Assembly (NCBI GenBank): GCA_038087875.1 | Contig: CM075990.1 | Span: 1,986,001-2,050,000, forward strand | Source: Malacoraja senta | Taxonomy: Eukaryota | Length of the DNA: 64,000 bases | Direction: 5' to 3' | Program-made: the position numbers and the translations under genes | Shown here: positions 12,391 to 24,570 of the stretch, piece by piece | Layout of the letters: each line of letters opens with the position of its first letter | Numbering within the stretch: position 1 is the stretch's first letter | Notes under the pieces: generated by a model | Told to the model about the DNA's origin: nothing | What the model saw: only the letters and a program-made list of their open reading frames with translations | The model's database searches: none

Positions 12391-13951
12391 ATGGGGAATG
12401 CACTGGATAACAGTGAGGGGGGGAACCCCCGTCGAACATATGTGTTATTTGAATCCTAAGTATAATAAGAAATTTAGAATGTTAAGTTACAAGTTGACCA
12501 AACGGTTGGGGGATGAAGCCGCGCCAGTAGGGGGCACATGGAATGTCGAGACAATTAAAAAAGCAGAGATGTTGATATGGGAAAGGAAGGCAGGAAAGAA
12601 ATGGAAGAAGGGAATTAAAACGTGGAAAGCAGAAGCAGAGAAGAAGCATGAGGGGAGTAGAGATCGAAGTTGGATGGATACTGCATGTAAACAAGGGATA
12701 GAGTTACGAAATAAGGATGGCACTATGAAAGGATGGAAAGTATTGCAACTAGAATGCCAGTGGGCGTTGGAACAAGAGAAAATAATTAAGAGACAGGCAG
12801 GTGAGAAACAGGTGATGGTTAGTAAAAATAAACCCAGTACTGGTAAATCCTCTGGAGGAGACTTCATGTCTGGCATGACGACCCTGTTTGGTAGTGAAGA
12901 TGAGGAGTTAGTTAATCCTGGGAGACGTCCACCTCCCTACGTCCTACCAGTAGCAATGGCATCCTTACCTGTGGCAGCTCCGTCAGTAATATCCCTATAC
13001 CTTGAAGTTCTGACCTTACAAAGCTCCCCAGGATTGGGAGCACGGGAATGCCTTTCTGTGCGTTATTTGCTTAAGGCATTGATGATACCAGATCAGCTGG
13101 CCATTATTAAATGTACTGCACACACGGGTGCTGGGGACCCTATAGCAAAAGGTAATGAATTGGCCGATAGTGTATCCAAGCAAGCAGCCTGTACATCCAA
13201 ATGCGTGGTGACATCTGGTAAACAGATACTAGCAAATAGAACGGTCCTGCCAGATATGAGGGAGGTATGTATATTACAGAGGGACGCCTCTGATAACCAA
13301 AAACAACTATGGAAACAAGATGGCTGTGCCATTGACTCCACCACAGGTCTTTGGCTCACCCTGCTTGGGCAAGTTTGTGTATCTGATGCATTTTTACCTG
13401 TTTTACTAACATATATTCACTCACTTACCCATGCTGGTAAGGAGGGAATGATAAGGATGACAAAAGAGACGTGGCACCCAAAAATCCGGCAAGAGGCACT
13501 GAAGCAGGCCTCTGAATGTAAAATTTGCCAACGAAATAATCCAGGCAAACCAATTAGGATACCCTCAGGGGTGACGCCAATGCCATCACGACCGTTTGAA
13601 TGCATACAGATTGATTTTATTGAAATGCCAAGGGCTCAGTGTTATAAATATTGCTTAGTTATTTTAGATTTATTTAGCAGGTTGATTGAAGCTCTACCAA
13701 CCACTAATAATACTGCTGAAACTACGGTAACATTGTTGTTAAGGGAAGTTATTCCCAGGTTTGGCCTACCTACTGTCATAAGCTCGGACAATGGTCCCCA
13801 TTTTATTGCCACTATTAATAAGGAAATATGTACACATTTTTATATCCGACAGCAATTTCACTGTGTACATCACCCACAGGCATCTGGGATGGTGGAAAGA
13901 GCCTGTGGGGCATTGCAAAACAAAATTATCCCGGGGGAATCCTTTTTCTGA
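12391..13951 (+). CDS. gag-pol: ERV Gag N-terminus (MA region, PPPY late domain) fused in frame to RNase H C-terminus and integrase (HHCC + DDE core); CA/NC/PR/RT absent
   Basis: ORF 12398-13951: RRPPPYV; LAIIKCTAH...GNELAD; H-x3-H...C-x2-C; QIDF...SDNGPHF...SGMVER. Natural start MGNALD at 12391 is out of frame by one G in a G7 run. Confidence 0.85.
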
Positions 13952-14819
13952 CAAGCAACTATGTTACAAAAATTGGGGATGAAGAAAAATTCGGTGGAGA
14001 AATGAGGATAGCGTAGGGAGACTGAAAAGTCACGGGGAGTCTGACTAATCATGATCTGGATCAAAGTCCAATTAGGGTTAGGTAACCAGGATTCTGGTAA
14101 ACAGAAGTCTTGTCAGAAAAAGGGAAAGTAAATTACAAAGAGAAGTCTTTGAAGATGAAATATTATATACTGCTGGTAAAACAATTTTTTTGTGTGTATG
14201 TACTGCTTGTAAAACAATGTTTTTTGTATGTGGAATGTGTGAAATTTGAAGCAATGAGCAAAGGTGTGAGTCCCTTTAAGAACAGTTTGTCCTTTAAAAT
14301 GCAAATGAACAGGCAGGTTATGGTGTGTTCCTTTAAGACACTGCCATGAATGGGGGGTGGAGCTATACTCAAATGATAAAATGTGTTGGTTGTTATAAAT
14401 CTTTTGAGCCGAGTTCAAAAAGAGAGTCATCCCAATTAAAGTGTTAAATGAGTTTGGAAATGTCAAAATTACAGAGAAAAAGAAAATGTATTATTGATTA
14501 CTGATTCTGAGTGAGTTCTTTTGGGAAAGATTGTTTTGATGTGATAACAGAGGTTGTCCTTTAAAATGCAAATGAAGCAAGATTACGGTCTGCAGGCGAA
14601 CAAAGGTGTTGAAGCATGTGCTGTGTAAGGGAAATGAATGTACATGTAAAATTGTCTTATGGCTTACAAAAGGGGGTTTGAGGGAACTCACAATGAGGGA
14701 TAAAAGGTGAGAAGATAAGTAGATTGGGGAAGAGAACATATTTGGAGAATTTAATATTTAGGTGGGGAGAGCCTCTTCAGGTATAATCGGATTAAAGAAT
14801 AAGTTCACAGAGAAGTGTT

Positions 14820-14946
14820 TAAGAAGGAACTGCAGATGCTGGAAAATCAAAGGTAGACAAAAGTGCTGGAGAAACTCAGGGGATGAGGCAGCATCTATGG
14901 AGCGAAGGAAATAGGCATCATTTCGGGCCGAAGCCCTTCTTCAGAG
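14820..14946 (-). repeat. PLE pLTR/hammerhead repeat inserted in the ERV
   Basis: Reverse complement reads ctgaagaagggcttcggcccgaaatg...cagcatctgcagttccttctt. Confidence 0.85.
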
Positions 14947-15570
14947 TAGATTGGGGTTATTCAACTGCAGCTAGAGAAACAGGATTTACAACTTTTTTAT
15001 TGATTCAGGAAAGGCTGCTGTGCCCACCCCCTGGAGAGTGGGGGGAGCCACCTACAGGCCCTGGGCAATTAGCTAATTATGTATGGACAGCAATTAACCC
15101 ATGTCTTGCCAGATCTGCATTCCCAGGTTAGAGGAGCTGTGCTGAAAACCAGTGAGCACAGGGACGAGCCCAAATAAGGCTACAAAATGACTATGTGGTG
15201 GGACAGAAAGAAATTGAGATTGTGTTGAAAGGATCAACAAAGTGCCACCAACAACATAAACTGCTGTGAAGATTGAAGATCATCGTCGTTGGATACATTT
15301 GATTGACTGTGAACGGTTTGTGGAGCTATTGACCCTCCTTTTATTCTGGGGTGGCCCACATGGACTGGACTTTCTTCAGAATGGCAAACTTGTGGACTAA
15401 CCCACATTTAAAGGATGGTACACACCTCCTTTTAAACAAGATTGGAGTCAAACATGAGAAGTGCAGCATAGATACCCTGACTACAGACAGTGAGATAATT
15501 TGCCTGATGAGATGCTTATGGTCTTTCGTATGTACTCGGCAAGGACTGTAGTTATTATCAAGATTTTGAT

Positions 15571-15582
15571 AAAAGGATGGAA
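15571..15582 (+). promoter_or_regulatory. Polypurine tract
   Basis: aaaaggatggaa immediately 5' of the 3' LTR. Confidence 0.8.
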
Positions 15583-16306
15583 TGATAAAGCTGAATTATG
15601 TTAAAAATATAAGAAAAGCTTACAGCTTATATTTAGTCTCAAATCAGGCTTTTCTCCAGTAGAATAATACAGAAAGGCAAGTTAAGTTGCCTCAGGTTTT
15701 GGGGTATTGAGATAATGAATACTATAACATTTATCTCCCAAGTGACGAGAGAGGAAGCAGAGAAGAAGCTATGATAAGCTATGATATGTAAAATGCCTTG
15801 TACCAAATGTCCGATGTTTATGAGGGAGGAGGTGATGAGAGAGGAACCAGGGAAGTGGAAAGATAAGATGCCATAAACCAAATGGCCTATGTTTATGAGG
15901 GACCAAGTGACAGAGGAAGCAGCGAAAGAGCTAGGGTGATCTCTTTGAAGATAAATTGACCTAAAACAAATGGCCAATGTTTTTAGTATATCTTGTACCA
16001 TGTAAACAAAAGGCCTTTGATGTGATGCATTCTGTGGAAACCTTTTCCTGTACCTCTGACCATGACTAATGTCTGTGGAATGTGCTAAGGGGACAAAAAA
16101 AAACTATTTAAGACAATGTAATTCTGTTGTTCAGAGAAGGGGACCGAGGACAGTTGAGTGTCTACATTGGTCACTTAACTGGAATTCTCGCTCCCTTCCA
16201 TCGGCCGATGTTAAGTAAAGTTTTGAACTGGTCTACCAAACAGTTTGTGTGGTGTCTGTTTATTAAGAAGCGAACCTGTTTAGTTGTTATAAAAGTAACT
16301 TTTTCA
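15583..16306 (+). repeat. 3' LTR (724 bp)
   Basis: Matches the 5' LTR apart from ~7 substitutions (counted by eye), a 2-bp deletion and a 16-bp insertion (cgaacctgtttagttg). Confidence 0.96.
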
Positions 16307-18639
16307 AGTCTTCTTGCTAGAGTTTTCGCTAGTATTTTGTGATCTGTGTTTAACAATGCAATGGCTCTATATGAACCGGGATCTTCTAGATCTTTATCTT
16401 TTTTCGGTATAAGTGTAATAGTTGATTCCGCTAATGTTTCTGGTAGTGCTTGTTCTTTAAAAGCGTATGTGTACAATTTTTGTAGACGTGGTGAGATTTT
16501 CTCGTAGAATCTTTTATAAAATTCGTTACTAAATCCATCTGGTCCTGGCGTTTTACCGTTCTTCAGTGAGTTTATTGTCTCTTCTATTTCTTTAATTGAG
16601 ACCTGAGCTCCTAATTCCTCTTGTTCCAACAGATTAAGTTTTGGGAGGTTACAATTATTCAAGAAATTTATAAGTTTAGTGTTATCTGCTGATGTTTTTG
16701 ATGTATATAAATTTTGATAAAATTGAGCAAATCTTTTATTAATGTCTTTAGGTAATGTTAACAATTCGCCTTTATCTGATATAATTTTTGAAATCGTATG
16801 AGCCTTTTCCTGTTTTTTCAGTTGACGTGCGAAGAGTTTATGTGGTTTATCGCCGAATTCAAAGTTTTCCTGTTTTGTAATTTGAAATAGTCTTATAACT
16901 CTTGCAGATAAGATTCTGTTTAATTTAAATTTCAATATTGTTATTTTATTGTGTTTGTTTATGGTTGGTTCTTTAGCATTATCTAGGTCTAATTGTCTAA
17001 TTTGTTCTTCTAACTGCAATTGTTCTTTCTTATTTAATTTATTTTGAAATGCTTGATATGAAATTATAGATCCTGTAATAAATGCCTTAAAAGATTCCCA
17101 TAATAAAGAGGGTGAGATGCCTGGCGTGTCATTAGTCTCAAAAAAAAATTCCATCTGTTGTTTTAAATATATACTACCTTGTGGATCGTTTAAAATTTGG
17201 GGATTAAACCTCCAAAACGATTTTTTATTGGGCATTCCTATTTTTAAGAAAAAGGTTAGCGGAGAGTGATCAGAAATGATACTGTTATGATATTTAGGAT
17301 TCGTTGTGTACGGAATTAATTTCGTGTCCACTAAAAAATAATCGATACGTAAGTAAGTTTTATGTACCATTGAGTAAAAAGAGTATTCCCTTCCAGCTGG
17401 ATTAGCGATCCTCCATACGTCTGTTATATTTGTATTTTTTATATAGGTATTTAGGAGTTCACTGGCTTTTGATTTTATGTTAAGCCTCTTTTGTTGTGTA
17501 GATTTATCCAGGTATGGTCTAAAACACAATTGAAATCTCCCCCATTATCACATTTTGATAATTAATCTCTGAAATTATATTCAGTATTTTGTTAAAAAAT
17601 TGAGGATTATCAAAATTAGGCGCATATATATTTACAATAGTAAGTGGTGTAGAGTTGATTTCTCCCGTAACTATAAGATATCTCCCCTCTTTATCTGCTA
17701 TGATATTCTTTGATTTAAATGGTGTGCCTTTACGAATGATAATTGCTGTGCCTCTAGATTTAGAGATATATGAAGAGTAATATGTTTGGGCAATCCAATT
17801 TGCCTTCAGTCTAGTCTGAGCTTGGAGTTTCAGGTGTGTTTCCTGTAGGAAAATTATGTCTGTATTGAGTGATTTTAATTGTGCGAGAATCTTACCCCTT
17901 ATAATTGGCTCATTAGCACCCCTTATATTCCAGCTACAAAACGTGATTCCTCCTATTTTCTTTTGTTTATCGTCTTGCATTATGAGTTACTTTAATACCT
18001 TTAAGTCATATGGTGCAACACAATACCTCAGGCCTCTAGGTGTTGGGTGGGCACTCGCGGTTGCTAAGTTCTGTTTGTATATCCCCTTTAAACTTGAAAA
18101 AAAAAGAAGAAAAGTGTGACGTGACATAAAAATAATAAAAAAAAGAAGGTATTATAGTATCTAAAAATAAGGATACTATAAAAAAATAACCGTGGTAGCT
18201 TTCTTAAGAACTTCCGTAGATGTTAATTTACATTAAGCTCCGCTCCCTTGACCAAATGTTGTAAGGAGGAAGAAAGGCCAGTTCAAAACCGAGTGATACA
18301 TATATATATAAAGAAAGGAAAAAAAACTTTTCAAACCTGTCTATCTAAATGCATCTTCTAATAATCTAGCATTAAGTATATACTACTATATACTAGTATA
18401 TACGAATATATACTAACAATTATTACATTTTACTTCCCAGTTAAGTCCCAGTCTCTTATATTAGACAGCAGCAGGTTGAAAGGGGTTAATCAGACTCCTG
18501 GCTATCTGCCTAGTGTCTGAGTCTCCTCCCCTCCACTTACACACAAGTGTGGCTGAATCTATTATATGTGTTTTAGTTTGTTAGTATGGTAGTACTATAT
18601 ATCGATATATTTAGCTCATTATCCTAACTCTAAAGATTA

Positions 18640-18790
18640 ATTAACAGTATGAAATAAGTCTGTGTGCCTCGAATAAGTATTGTTGTTTGTCCATGACAAC
18701 TCTGTTCTTCCCCTTACCTGCTGGTTTGATGATAATTTCCTTGTTGTTTGTCACCTCTCTTAGGATTTGGGTATTGCAAGGCAAGTTTAC
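18640..18790 (-). pseudogene. Short PLE RT N-terminal fragment
   Basis: NKEIIIKPAGKG..VVMDKQQYLFEAHR resembles the PLE IIKPADKG..VVM motif. Confidence 0.6.
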
Positions 18791-18880
18791 AGCTGAGGAG
18801 GAGAGCCAACATCTGGCTGATGGAGGGAAAAGACAAGGCCAGGTGAGCAAAATTTTGTGAAAGTTGTCGTTTTATAGGAG

Positions 18881-19407
18881 CGGCACACTGGCGCAGAGGT
18901 AGTTGCTGCCTCACAGAGCCAGAGACCCGGGTTTGAGCCTGTGGGTGCTTGTCTGTACTGAGTTTGTACGTTTCCCATGACCTGCGTGGGTTTTCTTCGA
19001 GATCTCAGGTTTCTTCCCACACTCCAAAGACGTACAGGTTTGTAGGTTAATTGGCTTGGTATAAAACTAAATTGTCCCTAGTGTGTTTAGGAAACATAGA
19101 AACACGGTGGCACTATGGCGCAACGGTAAATCTGCTACCTTACGGCGCTTGCAGTGCCGGAGATCCGGGTTCAATCCCGACTATTGGTGCTTATCTGTAC
19201 GGAGTTTGTACGTTCTCCCCATAACCTGTTTTCTCCGAGATCTTCGGTTTCCTCCCACACTTCAAAGACGTACAGGTATGTAGGTTAATTGGCTTGGTGT
19301 ATATGCAAATTGTCCCTAGTGTGTGTACGATAGCGTTAATGTGGGGGTGATCGCTGGTCGGCGCTGACTGTGGGCCGAAGGGCCTGTTTCCACGCTGTAT
19401 CTCTAAA
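18881..19407 (+). mobile_element. Two adjacent V-SINEs (~18881-19090 and ~19102-19407)
   Basis: tRNA-like head (tggcgcag.ggtag A box, gggttcaatcc B box), V domain and CR1-like tail gggccgaagggcctgttt. Confidence 0.88.
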
Positions 19408-19798
19408 CATAGAAAATAGGTGCAGGAGTAGGCCATTTGGCCCTTCGAGCCAGCACTGTCATTCAATATGATCAGTGCTGATCATCCAAAATCAGTACCC
19501 CATCCTGCTATCTCCCCATATCCCTTGATTCCATTATCCTTAAGAGCTATATCTAACTCTTGAATAAATCCAGTGAATTGGCCTCCACTGCCTTCTGTGA
19601 CGGGGAATTCCACAGATTCACAACTCTGGGTGAAAAAGTTTTTCCTCATCTCAGTCTTAAATGGCATACCCATTATTCTTAAACTGTGACCCCTGGATCT
19701 GGACTCCCGCAACATCGGGAACATTTTTCCTGCATCCAGCCTGTCCAATCCCTTAAGAATTTTATATGTTTCTATAAGATATCCTCTCATCCTTCTCA
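19405..19798 (-). mobile_element. CR1 3' fragment; continues at 21889-21904 and 24945-24951 beyond two insertions
   Basis: ETYKILKGLDRLDAGKMFP; consensus ccttctaaattccagtgaatacaagcc is split by the Harbinger and the Helitron. Confidence 0.88.
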
Positions 19799-21888
19799 AG
19801 GGCCTGTCCCACTTGGCTGTCATTTGTGCCTCATTTACGAGTCATATGTAAAATAGGTCGACGCGCAAATCACGCGCCATCACACGTAATGCGTCAGCGC
19901 ATCCGTCTGGTGCGCGTGACGTCATTAGAATACGCTGCTTCCCTATTCTGCATCATGACCATCATGGAAGAACTACAGATTTTATTGCTACAGCAACAAC
20001 AGAGACGTCTGTTAGCAGCAGCCCTCATACTTACAGATCAGCCAGGCAGGAGTACAACAAGAAAGGCTAGAAAGAAACCCAGGGAGAGGTATGTGTGGAC
20101 CAGGCACGTGCAGTGAGTGATTACTCAGGGTGGGCAGTCAGTCGGCTTTAAAAAAAAATCTTCAACCGCGCATGCGCAGATTGTTCTCCTCTCCGTAAAA
20201 ATAAAAATAAAGACAGTAACAATTCAATTTGCCCAAGGCTTCCAAGTCTCCTTCATTCTGAATCACTGAATGGGTGAGGGGTGAAGGGTGACGGCAGATG
20301 GAGAGATGGTGGGAAAAACGGGAGCACACCGGGACAAGTTGAATCAGTTGTCACCTTATTGAATGACAATACTTGTTCAAGGGACCAATTGGGGGGAAGA
20401 GTTCCTTTCACAGCGTGTGGAGAGTCTGGCCAGGGGTAAAGTTGCAGGGAGGGCAGGAGTGTTAAGAAGGAGGGGGTCGGGGATCATGCCAGTAACTCAC
20501 TTACTCACCGCTGCCGCAGCACTTCGGGCGCGGAGCCACCGCCCTGTGGCCGGGGAGGGAAGCAGCTCTGGTGGCTGCGAGCGGCCGCCGGACCCGACAA
20601 CAGAACTGGCCGCGACTTCAGCGCATTCTGCCAGTCCGCTCACCTCTGGCAGTGCTCTCCGTCTGAGCACCTCTCACCGACTTCGCTCATGTCAGCCGCT
20701 TCCAGCAAATTCTTAAATTCCGACAGCCGAGTAACCTCAATTGGTCCCTTGATCGTGCTGTCGGAATTTAAGGATTTGCGGGAAGCGGCTGACGTGAGTG
20801 AGGCCGGGAGCGGCAGGAGAGAGGTTTTCAGACAGAGAGCCCTGCCAGCGGGGGCCGGCAGAAGAGGCTGAGATGGCGGCCGGTTCCGCTGTCCGCTCCC
20901 AGCAGCCGCTCGCAGCCACCCGAGCTACTTCTCCCCCCGGCCACAATGCGGTGGCTCCGTGCTCGGAGTGTCGCAAGTGGGTTACTGGCATGATCCCCGA
21001 CCCCCTCCTTCTCAACACTCCTGCCCGCCCCGCAACTTTACCCCTGGCCAGACTCCCCATACGCTGTTAAAGGAACTCTCTTCCCCCCCCCACCCCCAGG
21101 AAATACGGTATTTAAAAACATATAGCACCAAGAAATTTACTTACCACATTATCGGTACACGAACTCCATTCTTCTCTCTTTGTTTCCTAAGATACTCTTA
21201 AGATAATGGCAATCCATATTTGAAAAACCGTCCAAGAAACTTGCGCGACGCATGCGCAGTAGGCTGCTGTGCATGCGTAGTACTGCAAAGGCAGAATTTC
21301 CACTGCCTTCAGCCCCATTTGTCATTGACGGCTTGAAGCAGCGCCGACGGCACGTGGGCTGCACAGACCTTCGCGTGTTACAGGTACTGCGGATGAAAGG
21401 CACGGATAATTATGCCTACCTAAGAGATCGATCTCTTAGATAGGCATAATTCTCCCATGCCTTTACTATTTATATTTAATAATTACCATCTTATAATTTT
21501 AGTCAGGGTAGGTAGTGCCTACCTTGACAGCACAACGAAGTTAGAGGTTACATAACGCGTAAAAGGCGGGCCGACTGCGTATGAGCTGCGCACTGCATTG
21601 CATGTTTACGGACGTTGACGCACGGTGACTTAACCATGCGTCACCACGCGATACGCCGTGCGACGCTAATGCGTCATCGTGCGTAGCCAATGCGTCAGTG
21701 TGCGTACGCGATACGTCATGGAGGTGGCGCGCGAGGATTTCGTTACACTACCGCTCGCCACTGCATACGATTACATGCCTTACAATGCGCAATGCGTGCG
21801 TCATGCACACCCACCCCACGACGCATCATCCTATTTTACATATGATGCGTAAATGAGGCGCAAATGACGGCCAAGTGGGACAGCCCCT
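19799..21888 (+). mobile_element. PIF/Harbinger element, internally deleted
   Basis: ~59-bp TIRs agggcctgtcccacttggctgtcattt.../...aaatgacggccaagtgggacagcccct; TCA/TAA 3-bp flanks; transposase-like start MEELQILLL...RERYVWTR. Confidence 0.9.
20101..21530. mobile_element. Probable hAT-like insert within the Harbinger, containing a long palindrome
   Basis: Begins caggcacgtgcagtg...gggtgggca and ends ...ggtaggtagtgcctaccttg, resembling fish hAT MITE subtermini; second TIR not seen. Confidence 0.4.
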
Positions 21889-22187
21889 TAAATTCCAGTG
21901 AATACTAGACTAAGTGGGACCCGTTGGGTCCCATGTTCACACGGGAGGGCAGGACCCCAACACAATTTTCCACCTCTCCACCAATTCCAATATTGGTGGC
22001 CAGTGGGGGGGGGGCTTTCTGGAGCGCTAGTATGGGTACTGTGGGCTGAAGGGACTGGTTAGTATGGACATTGTGGGCCAAATGGATTCTTGGGGTGGCA
22101 GCTCAGTCACTCAAGCCTGATGTGCTGGCAGCTCACTAACGGCTGGTGGGCTAGCAGTTGACTCACGGCTATTCCTTGAAATTCCTT

Positions 22188-22680
22188 TTCAAGCAGGGTG
22201 CAAGGCAACCAAATTCAGGTGCAGTTTCCTACCACTTCAAGCAGGGTGCAAGGCCACCGAATTCAAGTGCAGTTTCCTACCACTTCAAGCAGGGTGCAAG
22301 GCCACCGAATTCAAGTGCAGTTTCCGACCACTTCAAGCAGGGTGCAAGGCCACCGAATTCAAGTGCAGTTTCCTACCACTACAAGCAGGGTGCAAGGCCA
22401 CCAAACTCAAGTGCAGTTTCCTGCCATTTTAAGCAGGGTGCAAGGCCACAAAATTCAAGTGCAGTTTCATGTCAATTCAAGCAGGTTGCAAGGCCACCAA
22501 ATGCTAGTGCTGTTTCATGCCATTTCAAGCAGGGTGCAAGGCCACCAAATTCAAATGCAGTTTCAAGCCACTTTAAGCAGGGTGCAAGACAACCAAATTG
22601 AAGCGCAGTTTCATACCATTTCAAGCAGGGTGCAAGGCCACCACATTCAAATGCAGTTTCATACCATTTCAAGCAGGGTG
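22188..22680. repeat. 48-bp minisatellite, ~10 copies, inside the Helitron
   Basis: ttcaagcagggtgcaaggccaccgaattcaagtgcagtttcctaccac. Confidence 0.95.
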
Positions 22681-23049
22681 AAAACACCATAAAACCACTA
22701 TAAAACGACACAAAGCACCACATAAACACCACTCCCACAGTTCAGTAGACATTCAGTGTGTTCAGTTGATTCACAACAGACAGAGTCGTGACCTCTCTCT
22801 CCCCCATCTTGCAGAGACTGAGCCACACCCACACTTATGGGTTTTATAATCCCTCCCCCTCCAACTGGAAGGGGCGTGGCCTTCATGGCATGATTGACAG
22901 GAGAGAGATTCTCTACATTTTTTTAAACACTAATAACACTTTTATTTTTCATTGATGGGAAGAATCCTCTGCACCTGATGAGTGGCCAGGAACTGAGTAA
23001 GATGGCCAAAAATCACAGCCGTAAGTAGTAGTCTAAAATCAATATTCAG

Positions 23050-23601
23050 ATTCAGAAAACTTTATTGTCTGTCGTAACAGAAAATCTTCTTTGGCGTGGC
23101 TCAACATACAAACAGGACAATGTACTGATAAGCAGTCATACAACACAGATTTCTGCGAGCACACACCGTGTGTATAGATCTTAAAAGCAAGTATAAGGAT
23201 TAAAAACTGTAAAAATAGACAAGATGAAAGTTGTGGATACGTGTAAAGTGACAGTGCGTCAGGATTAATTTGTCCATTGTTCATTTTTTATTTAAGCTGT
23301 TTATGGCAATGGGTATGAATGAGTTTTTGTGGATGTTTTTCTTAGATAGGGGGACTTTATATCGGCGGCCTGATGGCAGAAATTGGAAGGACTTGTGCAG
23401 GGGGTGGGTGGGATCCTGTGTAATGAGGTTGGCTTTCCTTTTAACTGCCTGGGTGTGAAGTACTGATAATTGATTTTGAGTTTTGCCAGTTATTTTGCTT
23501 GCTTGATTGATGATCCGGGAAAGCTTTGATTTGTCTTTGACAGAGGTGAGGGTGAACCAGGATGTGATGTTAAAGGTGAGTACAGATTCTATAAGTGATT
23601 T
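23050..23601 (-). mobile_element. Rex1/Babar (L2-group) LINE 3' fragment inserted in the Helitron
   Basis: IESVLTFNITSWF...QDPTHPLHKSFQFLPSGRRYKVP...NSFIPIAINSLN; flanking atattcag at 23042-23049 and 23602-23609. Confidence 0.85.
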
Positions 23602-23634
23602 ATATTCAGTGCAAACAGGAAGTTGTCAAGTTTC

Positions 23635-24570
23635 CACCAACAACAGCCATTTTTTTTTTGCCGTGCAGCCTTTCAAAGCAGTTACCACCACCAACAACAG
23701 CCATTTTTTTTGCAGTGCAGCCTTTCAAAGCAATTACCACCACCAACAACAGCCAATTTTTTGCAGTGCAACCTTTCAAACCAGTTACCACCACCAACAA
23801 CAGCCTTTTTTTTTTGCAGTGCAGCCTTTCAAAGCAGTTACCACCATCAACAACAGCCATTTTTTTTGCAGTGCAGCCTTTCAAAGCACTTACCACCACC
23901 AACAACAGCCATTTTTTTTTTGGAGTGCAGCCTTTCAAAGCAGTTATCACCACCAACAACAGCCATTTTTTTTGCAGTGCAGCCTTTCAAAGCAGTTACC
24001 ACCACCAACAACAGCCATTTTTTTTTGCAGTACAGCCTTTCAAAGCAGTTACCACCACCAACAACAGCCATTTTTTTGCAGTGCAACCTTTCAAAGCAGT
24101 TACCACCACCAACAACAGCCATTCTTTTTGCAGTGCAGCCTTTCAACGCAGTTACCACCACCAACAACAGCCATATTTTTGCAGTGCAACCTTTCAAACC
24201 AGTTACCACCACCAACAACAGCCTTTTTTTTTTTGCAGTGCAGCCTTTCAAAGCAGTTACCACCACCAACAACAGCCATTTTTTTTGCAGTGCAGCCTTT
24301 CAAAGCAGTTACCATCACCAACAACAGCCATTTTTTTTGCAGTGCAGCCTTTCAAAGCAGTTACCACCACCAACAACAGCCATATTTTTTGCAGTGCAGC
24401 CTTTCAAAGCAGTTACCACCGCCAATAACAGCCATTTTTTTGCAGTGCAGCCTTTCCAAGCAGTTACCACCACCAACAACAGCCATTTTTTTTTGCAGTG
24501 CAACCTTTCAAAGCAGTTACCACCACCAACAACAGCCATTTTTTTTGCAGTGCTGCATTTCAAAGCAACC
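23635..24570. repeat. ~52-bp minisatellite, ~18 copies, with variable poly-T, inside the Helitron
   Basis: ccaccaccaacaacagcca(t)ngcagtgcagcctttcaaagcagtta. Confidence 0.95.

Larger units (their letters stand above)
9851..16306 (+). mobile_element. Class I (gamma/epsilon-like) endogenous retrovirus, internally deleted provirus
   Basis: Two TG...CA LTRs, 4-bp TSD AGTC (9847-9850, 16307-16310), PBS, PPT and gag/integrase ORF; removal rejoins L1 ORF2 (LAKTLARRL|SKYVSKLINADQTGF). Confidence 0.96.
6898..18460 (-). mobile_element. L1-clade LINE (ORF2, 3' UTR, poly-A; ORF1 not seen), interrupted by CR1 (8165-8695) and ERV (9851-16306)
   Basis: ORF2 starts at 17980 (ITFCSWNIRG..FLQETH..NIYAPN, APE endonuclease); KTPGPDGF, SYRAIALLNTD, LDAEKAFD, RQGCALS, YAGD RT motifs; C-terminal CDKC...H...C knuckle ~7590; AATAAA (6923-6928) and poly-A (T run 6898-6914). 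5' boundary is approximate. Confidence 0.93.

Noticed and set aside
15250..15570. env remnant
   Set aside because: Only a short hydrophobic stretch; no furin site, immunosuppressive domain or CX6CC motif recognisable
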